DNA of 64,000 nt from Mobula hypostoma (lineage: Eukaryota). This document shows positions 42,309 to 54,180 of this stretch, one piece after another; position 1 is the stretch's first letter; every line of letters starts with the position of its first letter. A model generated the notes under the pieces. It did not search any database. It saw nothing but the letters and a program-made list of their open reading frames with translations, and was not told the origin of the DNA. Both the position numbers and the translations under genes were made by a program. The DNA is taken from positions 100,628,001 to 100,692,000 of the forward strand of contig NC_086097.1 of NCBI RefSeq assembly GCF_963921235.1. Direction: 5' to 3'.

Positions 42309-43807
42309 CCAGAATCAGAGTCCTTTATTATCACCAAGTACATGGACACATACAGGGAATTTGACACCAGTTTCCTTGAGCCTTCGCTGTACAGAATCAA
42401 AAAGCAAACAAAACAATAGTGCAAATAATCGTGAACTATATACAATGAGGTACACCTGTGTATGTACAGGTGGACTTGGTTTATAATAAACTTGTCGTGG
42501 TCTGGTCCATGAAGTCCGTATTCTGGTTCACGGTCCGGTCCATCGACCCTTGCTTCAGGTTTTCCTATCTACCCTGTTTCTGTCCTTGTTGAACTAATTA
42601 AGGCAGCTGATGCTCGTTGGGGCTGGCTGCATAAATACCTCCAGAGACCAGGGTGTGGTGGCTGGATTGTTCTTGTCCTTACTCCTTGTATCCCTTCCTC
42701 TGCCTTCTGTTTCCTCACCTGAAGCCCTGCCTTGTCTTGCCGGTAACTCTCGCTTCGACTGAAGTTCTCGTCTTGCCTTGCTTTGCCAGTAGCCTTGCCT
42801 TGTCTTGCTGTCTGGTCCTGGAACCACCCGGTACCCAGCTCCCTTCCTGTCCCTTGCCTCCGCCCAGGTAAGCCAGGCCATCTTGCCGTTACCTGGGGTT
42901 GGTTCTGTCCCTTCCTGTCCCTCGCCTCTGTCGGGTGGTGATCCGCGCCCTGCCCAGGTGATCCGCACCCTGCCCAGGAGGAGCCTGCCAAGCCTCACCT
43001 CAAGTCTCCAGCCTCCAGCCTCATCTCGTCTCCAGCCCCACCTCGTCTCCAGCCTCGCCTCATCTCCAGCCTCGCCTCTAGTCTTCAGCCTCGCCTCAAG
43101 TCTCCAACCTCACCTCAAGTCTCCAGCCTCCAGCCTCGCTCAAGTCTCCAGCCTCCAGCCTCCAGCCTCACCTCAAGTCTCCAGCCTCGTCTCAAGTATC
43201 CAGCCTCCAGCCTCACCTCGTCTCCAGCCTCCAGACTCGCCTCAAGTCTCCTGCCTCCAGCCTTGCCTCGCCTCCAGCCTCTCCTCGCCTCGCCTCAAGT
43301 CTCCAGCCTCCTGTCAAGCCCCGCCTCATCTCTTGCCTAACCTCGAGCCTGTAGACTCCAGCCTCTAGCCTCGAGCCTCTTGCCAAGCCAAGCCAAGTCT
43401 CTAGCCTCGAGCTTCTAGCCTGAGGACTTCAGCCTCATCCTGCCTGCCTGCCAAGCCTCGTTCTTGCCTAGTTCTGGGTTCCAAGCCAGAGGAAAGACCC
43501 AGGTACTGGATCCTTGTCCAGTCTCTGGCTCAGAGTCCAAGCCCGGGCTCCTAGCTCTCTTGTTCAGTCCTGTTCCAGGTTCCTGGTTTTCCTGTCCATG
43601 TCCTTGCCATCGCCCTGTATCCTAGTCTGTCCCTAGTACTTCAGTGTCTGTGACTTGCACTTGGGTCCATTCCCAGCCGTGCCCCTATGACAAAACTAAA
43701 ATTCAACTGTTCATAAGATGGATTGCATACGAAAAGAAACTGTTCTTGTACCTATTTGTCCTGGCATACAGTGATCTAAAGCGCCTACCAGAAGGAAGGA
43801 GTTGGAA
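42309..43807 (-). mobile_element. Rex1/Babar-type 3' fragment split by a solo LTR
   Basis: Minus strand of about 43708-43807 reads FQLLPSGRRFRSLYARTNRYKNSFFSYAIHLMN; tail aataaaggactctgattctg at 42309-42330. Confidence 0.75.
42493..43692 (+). mobile_element. Solo LTR (1200 bp), probably Gypsy-type
   Basis: TGTCGT...ATGACA termini; perfect 5-bp TSD aaact (42488-42492 and 43693-43697); TATA-like cataaata near 42630; internal gcctc/ccagcctc low-complexity tract; second copy at 57691-58686. Confidence 0.88.
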
Positions 43808-45800
43808 CCCTTTAATCTTCTACTTTCTCGGGAATAAAGCCCTTTCAACCTTTCCCTATAACTCAGGTCCTCAAGTCCTGGCAAAATTCTCGTAAATGTT
43901 CTCTGCACCCTTTCACTCTTACTTACATCTTTCCTGTAGACAGTTGACCAAAAGTAGACACAATACTCCAAATTAGGCCTCACCAATGCCTTATACAATT
44001 TCAACATAACTTCCCAACTTCTGTGCCCAATAGATTGAATTACTAAGGCCGATGCAACAAAAGCTTTTTTTTTACAATGCTATCTCCCTGTAATGCTACT
44101 TTCAAGGAATTATAGATTAGTATTCCCAAATCTCTCTGTTCTACCACACTCCTCAGTCCTTCACCGCTCTACATGGAAGTCCTACCCTGGTTTGTCCACC
44201 CAAAGTGCAACACCTCACACTTGTCTGCATAAAATTCCATCTAACATTTTTAAGCCCATTTTTCCATCTGGTCCAGATCCCACTGCAAGGTTTGATAGAC
44301 TTCCTTGCTGTCCACTGCACCTCCAATCTTGGTTTCATCTGGAAATTCACTGATCCAGTTTACCACATAAGCATCCCGGACGGCCACATCTGCACCAGGT
44401 GCACCGAGCTGCAGTTCCTTAGGGACGGCGTTAGGGAACTGGAGATGCAGCTCAATGACCTCTGCCTGGTTAAGGAAAGTGAGGAGGTGATAGAGAGGAG
44501 CTATAGGCAGGTAGTCACACCAGGGCCACGGGAGACAGACAAATGGGTAACAGTCAGGAGAGGGAAGGGCAAGAGTCAGATACTAGAGAGAACCCCTGTG
44601 GCTGTCCCTTTTAACAATAAGTACTCCTGTTTGAGTACTGTTGGGGGTGACGACCTACCTGGGGGAAGCAACAGTGGCTGTGCCTCTGGCACAGAATCTA
44701 GCCCTGTGGCTCAGAAGGGTAGGGAAAGGAAGAGGATGGCAGCAGTGATAGGGGACTCTATAGTTAGGGGGTCAGACAGGTGATTCTGAGGAAAGAAACA
44801 CGGATGGTAGTTTGCCTCCAAGGAGCCAGGGTCTGGGATGTTTCTGATCACATCCACAATATCCTGAAGTGGGAAGGTGAACAGCCAGAGGTCGTGGTAC
44901 ATATTGGTACCAACGACATAAGTAGGCAAAGGGAGGAGGTCCTGAAAACAGACTACAGTACAGGGAGTTAGGAAAGAAGCTGAGGACCTCAAAGGTAGTG
45001 ATCTCGGGATTGCTGTCTGTGCCACACGACAATGACTATAGGAATAGAGTGAGGTGGAGGATAAATACGTGTCTGAGGGATTGGAGCAGGGGGCAGGGAT
45101 TCAGATTTCTGGATCATTGAGACCTCTTTCGGGGCAGGCGTGACCTGTACAAAAAGGACGGGTTGCACTTGAATCCGAAGGGGACCAATATCCTGGTGGG
45201 GAGGTTTGCTAAGGCTATTGGGGAGAGTTTAAACTAGAAATGCTGGGGGGGTGGCAACCAAACTGAAGAGACAGGGGAAGGGGCCGTTGGCTCACAAATA
45301 GAGAAAGCCTGTAGGCAGTGTGAGAGGGAGGATAGGCAGGTGATAGAGAAGAGATGCGCTCAGACCAATGGTTTGAGATGTGTTTATTTTAATGCAAAAA
45401 GCATCATGAACAAAGCAGATAAGCTTAGAGCATGGATCAGTACTTGGAGCTATGATGTTGTGGCCATTACAGAGACTTGGATGGCTCAGGGGCAGGAATG
45501 GTTACTTAGAGTGCCAGGTTTTAGATGTTTCAGAAAGGACAGGGAGCGGGGGCAAAAGAGGTGGGGGTGCGGCAATGCTGATCAGAGATAGTGTCATGGT
45601 TGCAGAAAAGTAGGAGGTTATGGAGGGATTGTCGACTGAGTCTCTGTGGGTGGAAGTTAGAAACAGGAAGGAGTCAATAATTCTACTGGGTGCTTTTTAT
45701 AGACCATTCAATAGTAACAGAGACATTAAGGAGCAGATAGGAGACAGATTCTGGGATGGTGCAATAATAACAGGGATGTCATGATGGGAGATTTTAATTT

Positions 45801-46956
45801 ACTTTATACTTTATTGTCGCCAAACAATTGATACTAGAACGTACAATCATCACAGCGATATTTGATTCTGCGCTTCGCTCTCCTTGGATTACAAATATTA
45901 AACATTAAAAATATTAAAAATAGTAAAAATTAGTAAATAAAAAAAAATTAAATTATAAATCATAAATAGAAAATAGAAAAATGGGAAGTAAGGTAGTGCA
46001 AAAAAAAACCAAGAGGCAGGTCCGGATATTTGGAGGGTACGACCCAGATCCGGGTCAGGATCCGTTCAGCAGTCTTATCATAGTTGGAAAGAAGCTGTTC
46101 CCAAATCTGGCCATATGAGTCTTCAAGCTCCTGAGCCTTCTCCCGGAGGGAAGAGGGACGAAACGTGTGTTGGCTGGTTGGGTCGTGTCCTTGACTATCC
46201 TGGCAGCACTGCTCCGACAGCATGTGGTGTAAAGTGAGTCCACGGACGGAAGATTGGTTTGTGTGATGTGCTGTGCCATGTTCACGACCTTCTGTAGCTT
46301 CTTTCGGTCTTGGACAGGACAACTTCCATACCAGGTTGTAATTCACGCTGGAAGAATGCTTTCTAGGGTGCATCTACAAAAATTAGTGAGGGTTTTAGGG
46401 GACAGACCAAATTTTTTTAGTTTTCTCAGGAAGCAAAGGCGCTGGTGGGCCTTCTCGGCAGTAAGCTCTGTTTGGTTGGACCAAGTCAGGTCATTTGTGA
46501 TATTGACCCCGAGGAACTTAAAGCTTTTGACCTGCGCACCACCGATGTAAATTGGGTCATGCGGTCCGCTACTCCTTCTGAAGTCAACAACCAAATCCTT
46601 CGTCTTGCTGATGTTGAGGGATACGTCATTGTCTTCGCACCATGCCACCAGGTTCTTAATTTCCCTTCTGTACTCAAACGTAGATACGGCCTACAATTGT
46701 GTCATCAGCAAACTTATATATTGAGTTTGATGGAAACTTGGCTACACAATCATGGGTGTACAGTGAGTACAGCAGGGGGCTGAGTACACAGCCTTGTGGG
46801 GCACCGGTGCTCAGCGTGATTGTAGAGGAGAGCTTGTCCCCTATTTTTACAGCCTGGGTCCTGTCTGTGAGGAAGTTGAAGATCCAGCTGCAGATCTGAG
46901 TGCTAAGGCCCAGGTTCCGGAGCTTAGGAATCAGTTTATTTGGAATGATGGTATTA
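45801..46956 (-). mobile_element. 5'-truncated Rex1/Babar-type LINE (RT C-terminal half + 3'UTR)
   Basis: [52 protein letters not shown]; splits the host GDFNFPNID codons with aattt on both sides. Confidence 0.9.
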
Positions 46957-49053
46957 AATTTCCCCAATATTGATTAGAGCAAGGGGTTTAGAAGGGTGGA
47001 GTTTGTTAGATGTGTTCAGGAAGGTTTTCTGACACAATATGTAGATAAGCCTGCAAGAGGAGAGGCTGTACTTGATCTGATACTGAGAAATGAACCTGGT
47101 CAGGTGGGAGAGCATTTTGGAGATAGTGATCACAATTCTATCTCCCTTACCATAGCATTGGAGAGGGATAGGAACAGACAAGTCAGGAAAATGTTTAATT
47201 GGAGTAAGGGGAAATATGAGGCTATCAGGCAGGAACTTGGAAGCATAAATTGGGAACAGATGGTCTGAAGGAAATGTACGGCAGAAATGTGGCAAATGTT
47301 CAGGGGATATTTGCGTGAAGTTCTGCAGAGGTACATTCCAATGAGGCAGAGAAAGGATGGTAAGGTACAGGAAGTGTGGTGTACAAAGGTTGTTGTAAAT
47401 CTAGGCAGGAAGAAAAGAAGAGCTTACGAAAGGTCCAATAAACTAGGTAATGATAGAGAGTTAGAAGATTATAATGCTAGCAGGAAGGAGCCAAGAATGA
47501 AATTAGGAGAGCCAGAAGGGGCCATGAGAGGGCTTTGGTGAGCAGGATTAAGGAAAACCCCAAGGCATTCTACAAGTATGTGAAGAGCAAGAGGATAGGA
47601 TATGAGAGAATAGGACCAATCAAGTGTGACAGTGGAAAAGTGTGTATGGAGCCGGAGGAGATAGCAGGGGTATTCACTATAGAAAAGGACCTTGGCAATT
47701 GTAGGGATGACTTACAGTGGACTGAAAAGTTTGAGCATATAGACATTGGGAAAGAGGATGTGTTGGAACTTTTGGAAAGCATCAAGTTGGATAAGTCACC
47801 AGAACTGAACAAGATGTACCCCAGGCTACTGTGGGAGGCGAGAAAGGAGATTGCTGAGCCTCTGGTGATGATCTTTGCATCATCAATGGGATAGGAGAGG
47901 TTCCGGAGGATTGGAGGGTTGCAGATATTGTTCCCTTGTTCAAGAAAGGGAGTAGAGATAGCCCAGGAATTTATAGACCGGTGAGTCTTACTTCAGTGGT
48001 TGGTAAGTTGGTGGAGAAGATCCTGAGAGGCAGGATTTATGAACATTTGGAGAGGCATAATATTATTAGGAATAGTCAGAAAGGCTTTGTCAGAGGCAGG
48101 TTATGCCTTACGAACCTGATTGAATTTTTTGAGAATGTGACTAAACATATTAATGAAAGTTGAGCAGTAGATGTAGTGTATATGGATTTCAGCAAGGCAT
48201 CTGATAAGGCTTATTGAGAAAGTAAGGAGGCATAGGATCCAAGGGGACATTGCCTTGTGGATCCAGAATTGGCTTGCCCACAGAAGGCTAAGAGTGGTTG
48301 TAGACGGGTCATATTCTGCATGGAGGTCGGTCACCAGTGGTGTGTCTCAGGGATCCCTTCTCTTTGTGATTTTTATAATGACCTGGATGAGGAAGAGGAG
48401 GGATGGGTTAGTAAAATTGCTGAAGACACAAAGGTTGGAGGTGTTGTGGATAATATGGAGGGCTGTCAGAAGTTACAGCAGGATATCGATGCAAAACTGA
48501 GCTGAGAGGTGGCAGATGGAGTTCAACCCAGATAAGTGTGAAGTGGTTCATTTTGGTCGGTCAAATATGATGGCAGGATATAGTATTAATGGTAAGACTC
48601 TTGGCAGTGTGGAGGTTCAGAGGGATCTTGGGGTCCGAGTCCATAGGACATTCAAAGCTGCTGCATAGGTTGACTCTGTGGTTAAGAAGGCATAGGGTGC
48701 ATTGGCCTTCATCAACCATGGGATTGAGTTTAGAAGTTGAGGGGTAATGTTACAGCTATATAGGACCCTGGTCAGACCTCACTTGGAGTTCTGTGATCAG
48801 TTCTGGTCACCTCACTGCAGGAAGGATGTGGAAACTATAGAAATGGTGCAGAGGAGATTTACAAGGATGTTCCCTGGATTGGGGAGCATGCCTTATGAGA
48901 ACAAGTTGAGTGAACCTGGCCTTTTCTCCTTGGAGCGACGGAGGATGAGAGGTGACCTGATAGAGGCATTTATTGTGTGGATAGTTAGAGGCTTTTTCCC
49001 TGAGCTGAAATGGCTAGCACAAGAGTACACAGTTTTAAGATGCTTGGAAATAG

Positions 49054-50176
49054 AAACATAGAAACATAGAAAGTAGGTGCAGGAGTAGGCCATTCGGCCC
49101 TTCGAGCCTGCACCGCCATTTATTATGATCATGGCTGATCATCCAACTCAGAACCCCGCCCCAGCCTTCCCTCCATACCCCCTGACCCCCGTAGCCACAA
49201 GGGCCATATCTAACTCCCTCTTAAATATAGCCAATGAACTGGCCTCAACTGTTTCCTGTGGCAGAGAATTCCACAGATTCACCACTCTCTGTATGAAGAA
49301 GTTTTTCCTAATCTCGGTCCTAAAAGGCTTCCCCTCTATCCTCAAACTGTGACCCCTCATTCTGGACTTCCCCAACATCGGGAACAATCTTCCTGCATCT
49401 AGCCTGTCCAATCCCTTTAGGATCTTATACGTTTCAATCAGATCCCCCCTCAATCTTCTAAATTCCAACGAGTACAAGCCCAGTTCATCCAGTCTTTCTT
49501 CATATGTAAGTCCTGCCATCCCAGGAATCAATCTGGTGAACCTTCTTTGTACTCCCTCTAAGGCAAGGATGTCTTTCCTCAGATTAGGGGACCAAAACTG
49601 CACACAATACTCCAGGTGTGGTCTCACCAAGGCCTTGTACAACTGCAGTAGTACCTCCCTGCTCCTGTACTCGAATCCTCTCGCTATAAATGCCAGCATA
49701 CCATTCGCTTTTTTCACCGCCTGCTGTACCTGCATGCCCACTTTCAATGACTGGTGTATAATGACACCCAGGTCTCGTTGCACCTCCCCTTTTCCTAATC
49801 AGCCACCATTCAGATAATAATCTGTTTTCCTATTTTTGCCACCAAAGTGGATAACTTCACATTTATCCACATTAAATTGCATCTGCCATGAATTTGCCCA
49901 CTCACCCAACCTATCCAAGTCACCCTGCATCCTCTTAGCATCCTCCTCACAGCTAACACTGCCACCTAGCTTCGTGTCATCCGCAGACTTGGAGATGCTG
50001 CATTTAATTCCCTCATCCAAGTCATTAATATATATTGTAAACAACTGGGGTCCCAGCACTGAGCCTTGCGGTACCCCACTAGTCACTGCCTGCCATTCTG
50101 AAAAGGTCCCGTTTATTCCCACTCTTTGCTTCCTGTCTGCTAACCAATTCTCCACCCACACCAATACCTTACCCCC
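49054..50176 (-). mobile_element. Young 5'-truncated CR1 LINE
   Basis: ORFs 49799-50164 and 49148-49783 are in one frame separated by a single TGA; GVPQGSVLGP, KSADDTK; tail (ctatgttt)n; aatag duplicated at 49049-49053 and 50177-50181. Confidence 0.95.
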
Positions 50177-50785
50177 AATAGGTATGGAGGAGATGTCAGG
50201 TGTAAGTTTTTTACTCAGAGAGTGGTGAGTGCGTGGAATGGGCTGCCGGCGATGGTGGTGGAGACGGCTACAATAGGATCTTTTAAGAGACTCTTGGATA
50301 GGTACCTGGAGCTTAGAAAAATAGAGGGCTATGGTTAACCCTAGGTAATTTCTCAGGTAAGGACATGTTCGGCACAGCTTTGTGGGCCGAAGGGCCTGTA
50401 TTGTGTTGCAGGTTTTCTATGTTCTATGTTCATCCAGATCATTGAGATAAAGGACGAACAACAACGGAAGCAGCACTGATCTGTGCGGCACACGACTAGT
50501 CTCAGGCCTCCAGTCGGAGAAGCAAGCTTTACATCTACTCTCTGGCTTCTTCTATGAAGCCAATTTTGAATCCAATTTACTACCTCATCTTGAATGCTGA
50601 GCAACAGAGCTTTCTTGACCAACCTCCCAGTGGAACCTTGTCAAATGCCTTGCTAAAGTCCATGTAGACAACATCCACTGCCTTGTCTTCAATAACTTTC
50701 CTGGTAACTTTCTTGAAAAACTCTCTAAGACTGGTTAGACACAACTTACCATGGACAAAGCTATGTTAATCAGTCCAGCCTAATA

Positions 50786-51048
50786 CACATAGAGTCATAC
50801 AAAAGCACAGGCCAGAAACAGGCCTTTTGGCCCATCTAGTCCATGCTGAACCATTTAACCTGCCTTCTTCATCGACCTGCACTGAGGCCACAGCTCTCCA
50901 CACCCATTCCATCAAAGCTCCCATCCAAAGTTCTCTTAAACGTTGAAACTGAGGTCGTATACAGCACACATACTGGTTGGTCATTCCACACTCTCATGTG
51001 CATCTGACTGAAGTTTCCCTTCATGTTCTCCTTAAACTTTTCACCTTT
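50786..51048 (-). mobile_element. CR1 3' end fragment
   Basis: catagagtcatac...acaggccttttggcccatctagtccatgctg...cattccacactc is homologous to 41975-42200. Confidence 0.75.
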
Positions 51049-51340
51049 ATCCTGTCCCTTAGAATATCTTCAAATACGTTTTCCACTACTGACATCTGGT
51101 TCGCTGGCCTATAATTTCCTGGCTTATTCTTAGAGCCTTTCCTAAACATCAGAACCACATTATCTACTCTACAATCCTCTGGCACCTCACCTGTGGCTCA
51201 GGGTATTTGAAATATCTCTGCTAGAACCCCTGCAATTTCTACAACAGACTCTGAACACATTGTCAGGCCCGGGGGATTTATCCACCCTAATTCGCCTCAA
51301 GACAGAGAACACCTCATCTTCTGCAATCTGTGTAGGATCC

Positions 51341-52037
51341 AAGGAGAGAAAATTTAGAAAACCTGAGGTGCAAAGTGATTAGGGCATTTTTATGCAGGAT
51401 TCCCTAAAAGATCATTTGCAGGTTGAGTCGGAGATGAGGAAGGCAAATGCAATGTAGTATTCAGTTTGAGAAGACTAGAATATAAAAGTGAGGATGTAAT
51501 GTTGAGACTTTATAAGGCCTCACTTTGAATTAGTGTGAGCAGTTTTGGCCCCCTTATCTAAGAAAGGATTTACTGCAGATGGTTCTTGACAATGATTCTG
51601 GGAATGAAAGGGTTAACATATGAGGACCATTTGATAGCTCTGAGCCTGTACTCACTGGATTTCAGAAGAATGAGGGCAAGTGGGTGTTGAAAGACCTCAA
51701 TCAAGTAGTTGTGAAGAGGATGTTTCCTATGGTGGGAGAGTTTTGGACCACAGGGCACAGCCTCAGAGGAGAGGGATGTCCATTTAGAATGGAGATGAGG
51801 AGGAATTCCTCTAACTAGAGAATGGTGAAACTCTGACTTTGTTTCCACTGTTGGCTGTGGGTATATTTAAAGCTGAGGTTGATAGATTCTTGATTAGTCA
51901 GGGCATGAAATGTTATGGGGAGAAGGCAGGAGATTGGGGCTGAGAGATAAATGGATCAGCCATAATGAAAAGGAGGAACAGACTCGATGGGCCCAAATAG
52001 CCTAGTTCTGCTCCTATATCTTATGGTCTTATGGTCT
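51341..52037 (+). mobile_element. CR1 3' fragment
   Basis: Homologous to 55415-56150; tail tcttatggtcttatggtc. Confidence 0.85.
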
Positions 52038-52526
52038 CGCTGCTGCATTGCCTTACGTCTAGAGATTCTGTGTCCATGTCCATTTCCCGAGTAAATATCA
52101 ATGCAAAACATCCACTTAAGAGCTCCCCCATCTCCTTCAGTGAACGCACAGATGACCACTCTGATCATCCAAAGGACTAATTTTGTCCCTTGCAATCCTT
52201 TTGATCTTAACCTATCTGTGGCATCCCTTAGGATTCTCCTTCACCTTGTCTGCTAGGGCAACTTCATGTCTTCTTTTAGCCCTCCTGACATCCTTCTTAA
52301 GTGTTCTCTTGCATTTTCTATACTCCTCAAGTACCTCATTTGTTCCTACCTGCCTACCCCTGCTATTCATCTTCTTTTTCTTAACCAGGTCCTCAATGTC
52401 TCTCAAAAATCAAGGTTCCCTAAGCCGGTTATTCTTAACCTGTTACTCTGACAGGTACATACAAGCTTTGTACTTTCAATATTTCACTTTTGAAGGCATC
52501 CCACTTACCAAGCACACCTTTGCCAG

Positions 52527-53327
52527 GTATGTTATGTAGGACTAGATGTTACTTGCACTCCCGAGCCATGCTGCCTAGACTCTGTGGGGTGGCCAAGTGA
52601 GAGGTGGCATCTTCTGGGGTATCAAGTGGGCGCCCTCTTTCCTCAGTGTTTCGCTGATGGGCCCACGACACCTCAGGAGGGTTCAGCAGTGAATCCCGGC
52701 GTCCCGGGCTCACCCCCTAGATGCCTTTCACTAACTAGGGGGCCCAGATGGAATCCTTTCTCTTCATCCAGAGCCACTGACTGCCCTTTACAGCAGATCT
52801 GGAGAGGTCTTTGACTGCTTGTCGGTGTGTCTTCCCTCGCACTCCCGACTCCTGGAGTAGCCTTGATGTTGGTGTGGCTACAAATCCGCTGCAGCCTACT
52901 TCGACCGGTCGGACCCTTGCTTTCCAGCCACGTTGTTGCGCATCGGCTCCAAGCTCAGGATACCTCAGCTTCTTGCGCTCGTAGGCCTCCTCCACTGCAT
53001 CCTCCCAGGGCACTGTAAGCTCGATGATGTAAACGAGATGGAGTGAGGCCGATCATAGCACAAGGTCTGGTCTGAGGTTGGTTTCTGCGATTTCAGTTGG
53101 GAAGCAGAGCCTCTGGCCTAAATCTGCCACCATCCTCCAATCACGTGCCCCGCCTAGCCGCCCGGTGTCTGGTCTCGATGTATCGAGTCTGGCTTGACCC
53201 TCACCTTCCCGGACAAATGCTGTTAACGGCCAGTGGGATGAAGGGGGAGGTGACTGCAGCAAGGCACCGTAGCATCTGGTTGTGCTGCCAGGTGTATTGG
53301 CATTGAGTAAGGCTGGTCTTGCAGCCC
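52527..53327 (-). mobile_element. 5'-truncated RLE-type non-LTR retrotransposon (R2 group, Hero-like): end of zinc knuckle, restriction-like endonuclease, 3'UTR
   Basis: GCKTSLTQCQYTWQHNQMLRCLA; LRPDLVL...IIELTVPWEDAVEEAYERKKLRY...VEVGC.GF (PD-(D/E)xK-type RLE motifs). Confidence 0.8.
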
Positions 53328-53616
53328 AACAGCCTGTCCCAATCCACACTTGCCAGATCCTTTCTGATGCCATCAAAAGTTACATTTCTCCAATTTAGAA
53401 TCTCAACCCGAGGACCAGACCTATCCTTTTCCATAATTATCTTGAAACTAACGGCATTATGACCACTAGATGCAAAATGTTCCCCTACACAAATTTCTGT
53501 CACCTGCCCTGACTCATTCCCTAGTAGGAGATCTAGCATCATACTCTGTAGTTGGGACTTCTATGTACTGATTAAGGAAACTTCCCTGAACACATTTGGT
53601 AAACTCTTTCCCATGC

Positions 53617-54132
53617 AGGAACTGCAAGGGTGAAAAAATCTTGATGGGAGTTGTATACAGACCCCCAAACAGTAGTAAGAATGCAGTCTATAAATTTCAA
53701 CAGGAAGGAAAAAATGGACAATGTTACAATAATCATGGGGGATTTCAATATGCAGGTAGATTGAAAAAATCGGGTTAGTGCTGGATTCCAAGAGGGGGGA
53801 CTTCCAGAGTGTCTATGAGATGGCTTTTTAGAGCAGCTCATGGTTGAGCCCACTAGGGGATCAGTTATTCTGCATCAGATGTTGTGCAATGAACTGGAAT
53901 TGATCAGAGAGCTTAAGGTAAAAGAACCCTTAGAGGCAAGTGATCATTATATCATTGGATTCACCCTGAAATTTGAGGAGAAGCTAAAGTCAGATGTATC
54001 AGTATTATTGTGGAGTAAGGGAAATTACAGAGGCCTGAGATAGGAGCGGGCAAGAATTGATTGGATAAAAACACTGGCAGGGGTGATGGCAGAGCAGCAA
54101 TGTCTGGAATTTTGGAAGCAATTCAGAATTCA

Positions 54133-54180
<48 letters not shown>

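Larger units (their letters stand above)
44368..50431 (+). mobile_element. Near full-length decayed CR1 LINE (partial ORF1 + ORF2 + tail) carrying two nested inserts
   Basis: ORF1 HICTRC, GDSIVRG, GTNDI, DGLHL; ORF2 YFNAKSIMNK, VAITETW, YRPVSLTSVVGK, KIAEDTK, LVRPHLEF; tail ttctatgttctatgttc; many stops and frameshifts. Confidence 0.92.

Noticed and set aside
42569..43368. Long Ser/Pro/Leu-rich ORFs, also at 57986-58651
   Set aside because: They arise from the low-complexity tract inside the solo LTRs; no recognisable domain
44205..49061. Active autonomous CR1
   Set aside because: Multiple stops and frameshifts, altered RT catalytic motif (IAED) and two nested insertions
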